64,000 nt of DNA from Gammaproteobacteria bacterium (GTDB taxonomy: Bacteria > Pseudomonadota > Gammaproteobacteria > JAADGQ01): positions 8,433 through 72,432 of the forward strand of contig WFXF01000002.1 of assembly GCA_015490755.1 (NCBI GenBank). Reading direction: 5' to 3'. Made by a program: the position numbers and the translations under genes. Shown here piece after piece: positions 30,924-38,196 of this stretch. Numbering within the stretch: the stretch's first letter is position 1; each line of letters begins with the position of its first letter. The notes beneath the pieces are model-generated. The model did no database searches. It saw nothing but the letters and a program-made list of their open reading frames with translations, and had not been told where the DNA came from.

Positions 30924-30953
30924 TTTAATTTCTCTCCTTATAAAAATTAAGCT
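30824..30953. repeat. copy 1 of a 130-bp direct duplication (the first 33 codons of the hydrolase gene plus 30 bp upstream)
   Basis: Near-identical, with a single 1-nt indel, to 32124-32253. Confidence 0.9.
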
Positions 30954-31020
30954 CTGAACTTTGAACCGAAGTAAAAGAGCAAGTCAGAGTGTAGAAGTTA
31001 TTTCGTGAACGTTCCTAAGT

Positions 31021-31110
31021 GCCGTGTTAAGTGGTTTTGCTTTTCACTATAAGGATATCAGTTTGAAAAACGGTTTTGGTGACCCTAATAATCTGCATAT
31101 GTTTCTTTGA
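31021..31110 (+). pseudogene. fragment paralogous to the C-terminal part of the 185-aa membrane protein at 32905-33462
   Basis: About 80% nucleotide identity to 33247-33336. It translates to AVLSGFAFHYKDISLKNGFGDPNNLHMFL*, against AVLSGFAFHYEDINLAGGFGDPDNLHMLLG in the intact gene. Confidence 0.4.
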
Positions 31111-31120
31111 GTTTTGGATG

Positions 31121-31148
31121 TTGATTGTAATAAATCTAATGTTATAAT
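31121..31148 (+). promoter_or_regulatory. candidate sigma-70 promoter of the TA operon
   Basis: TTGATT, then a 16-nt spacer, then TATAAT, ending 38 nt upstream of the antitoxin ATG. An AAGAGG RBS lies at 31175-31180. Confidence 0.4.
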
Positions 31149-31186
31149 GTGTATCTAATGTATGCACAGAAAAAAGAGGTTATCTT

Positions 31187-31450
31187 ATGAGCAAAACCGC
31201 ATCTATCAATATGCGTGTTGAGCCTAGCCAGCACGAACTTTTAACAAAGGCATCAAGAATTCTACATAAAGATAGAAGTGCCTTTATTTTAGATATTGCC
31301 TGTCGAGAAGCAAAAAATGTACTGCTGGATCAACGTTTGTTTTTATTAGAAAGTGAGGCTTTTGAAAAGTTTGAGCAGGCTTTAAATACTCCACTGGCTG
31401 AAAACAGTAGACTAGAGCAACTTATGGCTGAGCCGTCACCGTGGGATTAA
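31187..31450 (+). CDS. DUF1778-family antitoxin of the TacA/AtaR/KacA type (RHH fold)
   Basis: 87 aa. INMRVEPSQHELLTKAS…SAFILD…A…VL… matches the DUF1778 consensus. It overlaps the toxin gene by 10 bp. Confidence 0.88.
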   Translation: MSKTASINMRVEPSQHELLTKASRILHKDRSAFILDIACREAKNVLLDQRLFLLESEAFEKFEQALNTPLAENSRLEQLMAEPSPWD

Positions 31451-31938
31451 TAAAAAAACCTGAATTACTTGATAGCAAACATAATGTTTTAGGCTTTAAC
31501 TGTGGTAATGAAACCTTAAATGATTGGTTAAAAAAGAAGGCTTTAAAAAATCAAAGGCAGGGAGCAAGTAAAGCCTTTGTTATTTGTGATGACATACAGG
31601 TTGTTGGTTACTACGCTTTGGCAACAGGCAGTGTGGAAAGAATAAATGCACCCAAGTCTTTAGCACGAAATATGCCGAACCCTATACCTGTTATTGTTCT
31701 TGGCAGGTTGGCGATTGACCAGCAGTTTCATGGTAAAAAACTTGGTTCAGCACTACTTAAAGATGCCATAAAACGTACTATTTATATATCTGAAAATGTA
31801 GGTGTAAAGGCTTTACTGGTGCATGCAATTTCAGAAGAAGCTAAAAGATTTTACCTTCACCACAATTTTATTGAATCACCTATAGAATCAATGACGTTAT
31901 TATTATCAATGAATAATAAGAAAAGACTTATAATCTAG
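31441..31938 (+). CDS. GNAT-family toxin (aminoacyl-tRNA-acetylating, TacT/AtaT/KacT-like)
   Basis: 165 aa with an acetyl-CoA binding segment (…QQFHGKKLGSALLKDAIKR…) and the conserved pairing with an upstream DUF1778 antitoxin. Confidence 0.86.
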   Translation: MGLIKKPELLDSKHNVLGFNCGNETLNDWLKKKALKNQRQGASKAFVICDDIQVVGYYALATGSVERINAPKSLARNMPNPIPVIVLGRLAIDQQFHGKKLGSALLKDAIKRTIYISENVGVKALLVHAISEEAKRFYLHHNFIESPIESMTLLLSMNNKKRLII

Positions 31939-32100
31939 GAGCCTGTCCGAGAATGAAAAGTCTACTGCGGAAAATCCATTTCGGCCATATTTGGTGTAAA
32001 TTTTCGTTAAATAGAACAACTATTCGCCTCAAATTTACACCAAATCTGCCATCAAAATGGCTTTCCCTCGCTACGACTTCCATTCTCGGACAGGCTCCTA
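31938..32100. repeat. 163-bp palindromic MITE-like element with 17-bp terminal inverted repeats (GAGCCTGTCCGAGAATG … CATTCTCGGACAGGCTC)
   Basis: Left and right TIRs, and internal inverted segments (ATTTGGTGTAAATTT / AAATTTACACCAAAT), are directly visible. It starts at the toxin stop codon. A second partial copy lies at 51147-51254. Confidence 0.7.
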
Positions 32101-32123
32101 GTCATGGTACTTTACCAATGAAC

Positions 32124-32253
32124 TGAATTGCTTTGCCGCATTATTATTTAGGTCAAAATCAAAATTGCGTCCAACTCGGGTTCGAATGCTCTGTTTTGGG
32201 AATCGGTTTGTAATAAAAATCATTTTAATTTCTCTCCTTATAAAAATTAAGCT
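32124..32253. repeat. copy 2 of the 130-bp direct duplication. It carries a truncated hydrolase start (46-codon relic ORF on the minus strand).
   Basis: Matches 30824-30953. Confidence 0.9.
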
Positions 32254-32307
32254 TCTTTTAAGCTTACATGGTTATGCTGTCACTCTTGGGTCTATAGAAA
32301 TAGAGTA

Positions 32308-32892
32308 ATGGTTATGAGTGAAAGTAGCACAAAACAAATTAAAGTATGGGATGGCCTTGTGCGCGGTTTTCACTGGCTGATGCTGCTCTCTTTTGTGGGC
32401 GCTTATATTACTAGCCAGTCAGGAATGCAGCAAACTCATATTTTGATTGGCTACTTCATCTGTTTATTACTGATTATTCGTACTGTGTGGGGCTTTATCG
32501 GAAGCAAACATGCGCGCTTCTCTGATTTTGTTGCTTTACCTTCACATGTATGGGCTTATCTGCAAGCCAGCTTTAGAAACAGTCCCCCTCATTATTTTGG
32601 TCATAATCCAGCTGGTGGCTGGATGGTGTTGGCTTTGATGGGGGCGCTTTTGTTGATGTCTGTGAGTGGAGTGATTCTTGTCTCTGTAATCGAATTTGAA
32701 GGGCCACTACTGAATTTATTGTCTGGTATGAGTGATCAGTGGGCCTATCGCTATGAAGAGCTGCATGAAGTGGCACTTAACATCTTGTGGTTGTTGATCG
32801 CAGGGCATTTAGTGGGTGTGGTCGTTGCATCAATTCAACATAAAGAAAATCTGCTACGTGCCATGGTCAGTGGGTATAAAATTATAAAATAG
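32308..32892 (+). CDS. cytochrome b561 family protein (CybB/YceJ-like, PF01292)
   Basis: 194 aa with four TM helices and conserved His (…FHWLMLL…, …GHLVGVV…) in the Ni/Fe-hydrogenase b-type cytochrome fold. Confidence 0.85.
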   Translation: MVMSESSTKQIKVWDGLVRGFHWLMLLSFVGAYITSQSGMQQTHILIGYFICLLLIIRTVWGFIGSKHARFSDFVALPSHVWAYLQASFRNSPPHYFGHNPAGGWMVLALMGALLLMSVSGVILVSVIEFEGPLLNLLSGMSDQWAYRYEELHEVALNILWLLIAGHLVGVVVASIQHKENLLRAMVSGYKIIK

Positions 32893-32904
32893 ATATGAGG
32901 GAAA

Positions 32905-33462
32905 ATGATGAAAAAGTATTTAGCGATCTGCTGCATATTATTTAGCTGGAATTGCTCTGCTCAAGCTCAGGAATACATGCCAGAACACTTTTTGGATTTG
33001 TCTGTTAAGCCGCAACCGTATACATCCTATATTCAATTAGCCCAGCTTGATACGGCAAATTTAAATGCTACCCATGAAGGCCATAATGAAGAGAAGAAAC
33101 CCCTGTTTAAATCCAGGCCTGTGACTTTGAATAAAGTGCATAAATATCTTGGTTACGCTTCAATGGTAAGTGCTGTATTGACAGGGTTGTCACCCAAAAC
33201 AGCCGGGGGTCCTCATGAGCTTTTTGGTACAGCCGCAGCCGCTTTTGGTGCGGCAGCTGTGTTAAGCGGTTTTGCTTTTCATTATGAAGATATCAATTTG
33301 GCGGGTGGTTTTGGCGACCCGGATAACTTGCATATGCTTCTTGGCATTTTAGGAACCGCAGGTTATGCCGTTGCTGTGAGTAGTGGTGAAGATGGTGGGC
33401 ATGGTGGTCCTGGTACTCTTGGTGCGCTCAGCATGGCTATGGCTATTAAATTAACCTGGTAG
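32905..33462 (+). CDS. hypothetical protein: signal peptide, a roughly 70-aa periplasmic segment, then Gly/Ala-rich TM helices flanked by His residues
   Basis: 185 aa with no recognisable family. Tightly coupled (a 12-bp gap) between the b561 gene and the c-type cytochromes. Confidence 0.6.
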   Translation: MMKKYLAICCILFSWNCSAQAQEYMPEHFLDLSVKPQPYTSYIQLAQLDTANLNATHEGHNEEKKPLFKSRPVTLNKVHKYLGYASMVSAVLTGLSPKTAGGPHELFGTAAAAFGAAAVLSGFAFHYEDINLAGGFGDPDNLHMLLGILGTAGYAVAVSSGEDGGHGGPGTLGALSMAMAIKLTW

Positions 33463-33472
33463 GAGCTTAAGA

Positions 33473-33865
33473 ATGAATAAAATATTAATTTTTGTGGTTG
33501 CAATACTCTTCTCATCAATTGCATTGGCGACAACCCCCATTGATCAACGTATGGCTGATTATAACCCTGATGGTAATCTGATATTTGATGCTAAACGTGG
33601 TGAAGATTTATGGAATCAGAAGCGTATGGTTGATGGCAAACAGCGTGATTGTAACGCTTGCCACGGTAAAGATCTCACACAGCCGGGTGAGCATGTAAAA
33701 AGTGGCAAAGTGATTAAGCCTATGGCCTATTCAGTCAATAAGGAGCGTTTCACTAAACTGAAAAAGGTCAAAAAGTGGTTCAAACGTAATTGTAAATGGA
33801 CTTATGGACGCGAGTGCACCACTCAAGAGAAAGGTGATTTGCTTAAATACTTATCTCAATTTTAA
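33473..33865 (+). CDS. monoheme c-type cytochrome (single CxxCH; SHP/DUF1924-like)
   Basis: A signal peptide and one CNACH haem-binding motif; 130 aa. Confidence 0.75.
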   Translation: MNKILIFVVAILFSSIALATTPIDQRMADYNPDGNLIFDAKRGEDLWNQKRMVDGKQRDCNACHGKDLTQPGEHVKSGKVIKPMAYSVNKERFTKLKKVKKWFKRNCKWTYGRECTTQEKGDLLKYLSQF

Positions 33866-33881
33866 ACAGGGCTGAAATATT

Positions 33882-34448
33882 ATGACTAAAAGACTAACAA
33901 TATTATCTATAGTGACTCTCTTGGGGCTGGGAATCAATACGTCGGTCTTTGCAGATGGTGAAAGTTTTTTTGATTGGTTGTTGACTACGGATTCGCGTAA
34001 CGAAATCAAACCCATGCAGAATGAGTTATATAATGAGGAGTGCAGCGACTGTCACTTTCCTTATCAGGCGGGCCTATTACCGGAAGCCTCTTGGAAAAAG
34101 CTGCTTGACCCTAAAGCACTGGAAGACCATTTTGGTGATAATGCTGAATTAGATGATGAAACAAGGAGTGCAATATTGGATGCTTTGATTGCGGATTCGG
34201 CCGATAAATCACGATATAAGCGTTCCAAAAAAATTATGTCATCACTGGGCGAAAATGAAGTGCCCATGCGTATTATTGATATTCCTTATATTAAGCGTAA
34301 GCATCATGAAATTTCTGATAAACTCATCACTGGAAATGACAAGGTGAAATCATTAAGTTTTTGCGATGCATGTCATCAAAAAGCAGATGAGGGAATCTAT
34401 GATGATGACAGCGTGGTAATTCCTGGGCATGGTAACTGGACGTGGTAA
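33882..34448 (+). CDS. diheme cytochrome c (DHC family)
   Basis: A signal peptide and two CxxCH motifs (CSDCHF and CDACHQ) about 105 aa apart, as in DHC. Confidence 0.8.
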   Translation: MTKRLTILSIVTLLGLGINTSVFADGESFFDWLLTTDSRNEIKPMQNELYNEECSDCHFPYQAGLLPEASWKKLLDPKALEDHFGDNAELDDETRSAILDALIADSADKSRYKRSKKIMSSLGENEVPMRIIDIPYIKRKHHEISDKLITGNDKVKSLSFCDACHQKADEGIYDDDSVVIPGHGNWTW

Positions 34449-34468
34449 TAACCGTGGAAAATTGAATC

Positions 34469-35131
34469 ATGCGTATACTTCTGGTTGAAGACGATCCGCA
34501 GTTGGGCGATGGCATTCGTACCGGTCTGCAACAGGTCAGTTATGCTGTAGATTGGTTACGTGATGGCTTGGGCGCTTTGCATAGTCTGGAAGTCGAAAAC
34601 TTTGATATGGTGATACTCGATCTGGGTTTGCCACGTATGGATGGTCTCAGTGTACTGGAGAAAATTCGTGCTTCCGGCAACGATGTACCCATATTGATTT
34701 TAACAGCGAGAGACACTGTTGCAGATCGTGTCAAAGGGCTTGACAGCGGTGCCGATGATTATTTGGCAAAACCATTTGATCTGGATGAGTTGTGCGCTCG
34801 AATAAGGGCATTGAGTCGTCGTCACAGTGGCCGGGCATCCTCATTAATCAAGTACCGTGATATCGTTTTGGATCCAATGGCTCACAGCCTCAATAAAAAC
34901 GGTGAAGAGATAAATCTATCAACCCGAGAATTTAAAATTCTACAAATTCTGTTTGAAAATATCGGTCGTGTCTTGTCCAGAGAGCGCATTGAAGAAAGCT
35001 TGTTCGGCTGGGATGATTCACTTGAAAGTAATGCCACCGAAGTTCATATTCATCATCTGCGCAAAAAATTGGGCAAAGATCTTATTGTGACTATTCGCGG
35101 TGTTGGTTACATGATCGCTAAAGAGAGTTGA
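34469..35131 (+). CDS. OmpR/PhoB-family DNA-binding response regulator
   Basis: A receiver domain (DD…D…K) plus a winged-helix trans_reg_C domain. Confidence 0.93.
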   Translation: MRILLVEDDPQLGDGIRTGLQQVSYAVDWLRDGLGALHSLEVENFDMVILDLGLPRMDGLSVLEKIRASGNDVPILILTARDTVADRVKGLDSGADDYLAKPFDLDELCARIRALSRRHSGRASSLIKYRDIVLDPMAHSLNKNGEEINLSTREFKILQILFENIGRVLSRERIEESLFGWDDSLESNATEVHIHHLRKKLGKDLIVTIRGVGYMIAKES

Positions 35132-36483
35132 TGAAACCCCGTTCAATCCGTCAAAACTTATTATTATTGGTATTGGGGGCAGTATTCATCTCTTGGGCAG
35201 TAGTTGCTCTGTTTGTCTATAAAAGTGCTAAACATGAAACTGAAGAGGTTTATGATGCACATCTGGTTCAAAGTGCCAAGTTGTTAGCCTCATTAATCAG
35301 GTATGAGCAGGAAAAGAGTCATCAGCTACAGGTTGAGATGGATGACTTTCTACCCATAGCACATAAATACGAATCTAAAATATCTTTTATTGTTTATTAT
35401 GGTGATGGAAAGGTAATGGTTCGTTCAGCATCGGCTCCAATACTGCCGGAGATTGAATCTTTCAATAATTTCAAACAGATCGAAGTTGATGGCGTCATTT
35501 GGTATACCTATAACCTTCGTGACCCCAAGACAAACTTACTTATTCAAACCGCTCAACGTTATGATGTCCGCCAGGAACTGATTAACTATATTAGTAGTAG
35601 CGTATTAGGTGTAATGCTGCTTTCTCTGCCGTTTATCGCAATTTTGATCTGGATTACTATTGGTCGAGGCCTGCGCCCATTGGTTCTGCTGGCAGATTCT
35701 ATATCGGGCCGATCAGTACAGCAGTTGGAGCCGATTACACTCGAAAGAGTGCCTACTGAAGCACAGCCTATTGTTTATGCTTTGAACTCTCTTTTTAATC
35801 GCTTGTCGCAAGCTTTTGAAAAAGAGCGACGCTTTACTGCGGATGCGGCTCATGAGTTGCGTACACCATTGTCAGGTATAAAAACCCAGGCACAGGTGGC
35901 TCTGCGATCAACAGAAAACAAGCAGCGACAGCAAGCGATAGTGCAAGTGATTACGGGCGTTGAACGTACAACCAAGCTGGTCAATCAGCTGTTAATTCTT
36001 GCCAGAGTTGATGCTGAGCAACATATCGTTAAAACTGAGCTGAACCTGAAACAGCTATGCGCGACCGTGATTAGCGAACAGATTGTTTCAGCTCTGAGTA
36101 AAAATATAGATATCAGTCTGGAAGGTGAGTCACTTGTAACCATAAATGGTAATGAAGAGTTGATACATATTTTGATTGCGAATGTAATCAATAATGCAAT
36201 ACGTTATACGCCCAGCGAAGGGCGTATTATTGTCAGTGTAACAAGTGATGCGCAGGGTATAGTGTTTGAGGTGAAAGATTCCGGTTTTGGTATATCTAAA
36301 TCATTGCAGACAGAAGTTTTTAATCGTTTTAAACGTGGTGAGCATTCAGATATTTCTGGTAGCGGATTGGGGTTATCAATAGTGTTGCGAATCTCCGAGC
36401 TACACCGTGCAAGAATTCAGCTGGGTGAAGGTTTGGATAATGCAGGGCTTAGTGTCAAAATCACTTTTGAACAAACTGCGTAA
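35128..36483 (+). CDS. sensor histidine kinase (two TM, HAMP, HisKA, HATPase_c)
   Basis: H-box AHELRTPL and G1/G2 boxes (GSGLGLSIV). Overlaps the regulator gene by 4 bp. Confidence 0.92.
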   Translation: MMKPRSIRQNLLLLVLGAVFISWAVVALFVYKSAKHETEEVYDAHLVQSAKLLASLIRYEQEKSHQLQVEMDDFLPIAHKYESKISFIVYYGDGKVMVRSASAPILPEIESFNNFKQIEVDGVIWYTYNLRDPKTNLLIQTAQRYDVRQELINYISSSVLGVMLLSLPFIAILIWITIGRGLRPLVLLADSISGRSVQQLEPITLERVPTEAQPIVYALNSLFNRLSQAFEKERRFTADAAHELRTPLSGIKTQAQVALRSTENKQRQQAIVQVITGVERTTKLVNQLLILARVDAEQHIVKTELNLKQLCATVISEQIVSALSKNIDISLEGESLVTINGNEELIHILIANVINNAIRYTPSEGRIIVSVTSDAQGIVFEVKDSGFGISKSLQTEVFNRFKRGEHSDISGSGLGLSIVLRISELHRARIQLGEGLDNAGLSVKITFEQTA

Positions 36484-36500
36484 GGAACGTTCACTTCACC

Positions 36501-36932
36501 TTATATCTTTACGTAATGGATTCGCCCTTGTTCCGTTAATTGAATATTCAACCTCTCTGAGCGATGCCAATTCGCTAATTTTTTTGGGCTGACCTTAAAG
36601 TAGTGTGCTAATTCATTTTGGTGAATAATGCTCTGCCGTTTTTTTCGATTGGCATGGCGGTTATGTAACAGGATATTGTATTTGATCCACAACCAAAAAC
36701 TCACAATTATTGTAGTGATGAGTGACAAAAGGGCTATAAATATTTCAATATTGATCCCTCGTTCATCAATACTTATGGCTGACAGGTCAATACCCGCAAA
36801 TGTGAGTAGCGGTTTAAGTGCGGGTAGTAGCAAATAGATCCACAGCATCCATAATACGAGCGTTATCGAGCTTAGTGTAATCCTTTGTGGTATGCCTTGG
36901 AGATGGGGGTTTTGGATGATTAACGTGTTCAT
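36501..36932 (-). CDS. pgaD: poly-beta-1,6-N-acetyl-D-glucosamine biosynthesis protein PgaD
   Basis: 143 aa with two TM helices, directly after pgaC (1-bp overlap). Confidence 0.8.
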   Translation of the reverse strand: MNTLIIQNPHLQGIPQRITLSSITLVLWMLWIYLLLPALKPLLTFAGIDLSAISIDERGINIEIFIALLSLITTIIVSFWLWIKYNILLHNRHANRKKRQSIIHQNELAHYFKVSPKKLANWHRSERLNIQLTEQGRIHYVKI

Positions 36933-38194
36933 TAGCGTATTCCTCTGTCAGGGCTGACCCAGGTGGCTCGTGAGCTGCGCTGGGTTAATAGTGTTTTGGG
37001 AAGTGCTACAGTCATGGTTAACAGATTGATTAACCAGTAGACCAGGGGGTACCAGATCATCCAGTAATAAAGTCTGCCCAGGCTTTTTTCATAGCGACCA
37101 TCAATATAGAAGCTCACAGCAAACTGAATGAGGCAGGTCAAACCGAGTAGAAGGCCTGCAGAACTTGGTATGAAGGAAAATGCCGTCATACCTTCTGGAT
37201 GTGGAATGAATGGCATCAGTGCCCATAGTATGATTAGGGATATGACCCCATAGGTCCACAAAATGCTGATGAAATATTCAGTCAATAATAACCACAAGCG
37301 TCGTTGGCGCAGACGTATGACTTGTGGCAGATAGCGAATAAAGACTTCGACACCTCCTTGTGCCCAGCGAAGGCGCTGTTGCCATAGACCCTTGAGTGTT
37401 TCCGGCATTAAAATCCAGCATAAAGCGTTTGGCTCGAAACGGATGTCCCACCCTTTTAATTGCAGCTTCCAGGTTATATCTATGTCTTCAGTAATTGCAT
37501 CTACGCTCCAATAATCAGCATCTTGCAAAGCAGATTTTCGAAATCCGGCAATGACACCAGAAATAGAGAACAGACGGCCATAGACACGTTGAGCACGCTT
37601 TATAAGGCCAACAATGGAAGAGAATTCACCGACTTGTATTTTGCCAAGAAGGGTAGAGCGAGTGCGTACACGAGGGTTGCCGGTTACAGCACCGACGCGA
37701 GGGCTGCTAAGGAAATGCCGCATGATCCAGCCGGTGGCATTGCTATCAAGCAGGGCATCACCATCAATACAGACGAGGAATTCATTAGATGACACCATCG
37801 CACCCATACGTAGAGCCATGGCTTTACCCTGGTTTTCTTCCAGGTGTACGACGCGTAAGCGGGAGTACTTTTTATTCAGTTTATCCAGTAATTCACCAGT
37901 GTTATCAGTACTTCCATCATTGATAGCAATAATGTCAAAATAAGGGTAGTTTTGTCTGTTCAGTGCCGCGATGGTTTCACTTAAATTATCACCTTCGTTA
38001 TGACAAGGAACAAGTATGCTGACGTGAGGATAGGCTGGCAGACTGTTCAGTATGCTCCCACCGTTAGGCTGGTTTCGTTCCCACTTGATGTAGTATATGA
38101 TGCCGCCGATCATCCAGACATAGGCCATCAGCAATGGATAGTAATAGGCAAAGCTGAGCGTTGAACTTAGGTAGAGAGGGAGCCAGTTTTCCAT
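36932..38194 (-). CDS. pgaC: poly-beta-1,6-N-acetyl-D-glucosamine synthase (GT2)
   Basis: A GT2 catalytic domain (D, DxD, QxxRW = QQRLRWAQG) flanked by TM helices. Confidence 0.93.
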   Translation of the reverse strand: MENWLPLYLSSTLSFAYYYPLLMAYVWMIGGIIYYIKWERNQPNGGSILNSLPAYPHVSILVPCHNEGDNLSETIAALNRQNYPYFDIIAINDGSTDNTGELLDKLNKKYSRLRVVHLEENQGKAMALRMGAMVSSNEFLVCIDGDALLDSNATGWIMRHFLSSPRVGAVTGNPRVRTRSTLLGKIQVGEFSSIVGLIKRAQRVYGRLFSISGVIAGFRKSALQDADYWSVDAITEDIDITWKLQLKGWDIRFEPNALCWILMPETLKGLWQQRLRWAQGGVEVFIRYLPQVIRLRQRRLWLLLTEYFISILWTYGVISLIILWALMPFIPHPEGMTAFSFIPSSAGLLLGLTCLIQFAVSFYIDGRYEKSLGRLYYWMIWYPLVYWLINLLTMTVALPKTLLTQRSSRATWVSPDRGIR

Positions 38195-38196
38195 GG

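Noticed and set aside
36407-36592. 61-aa ORF running across the histidine-kinase stop into the pgaD 3' region
   Set aside because: It overlaps the kinase's C-terminal coding sequence in an alternate frame, so it is unlikely to be real.
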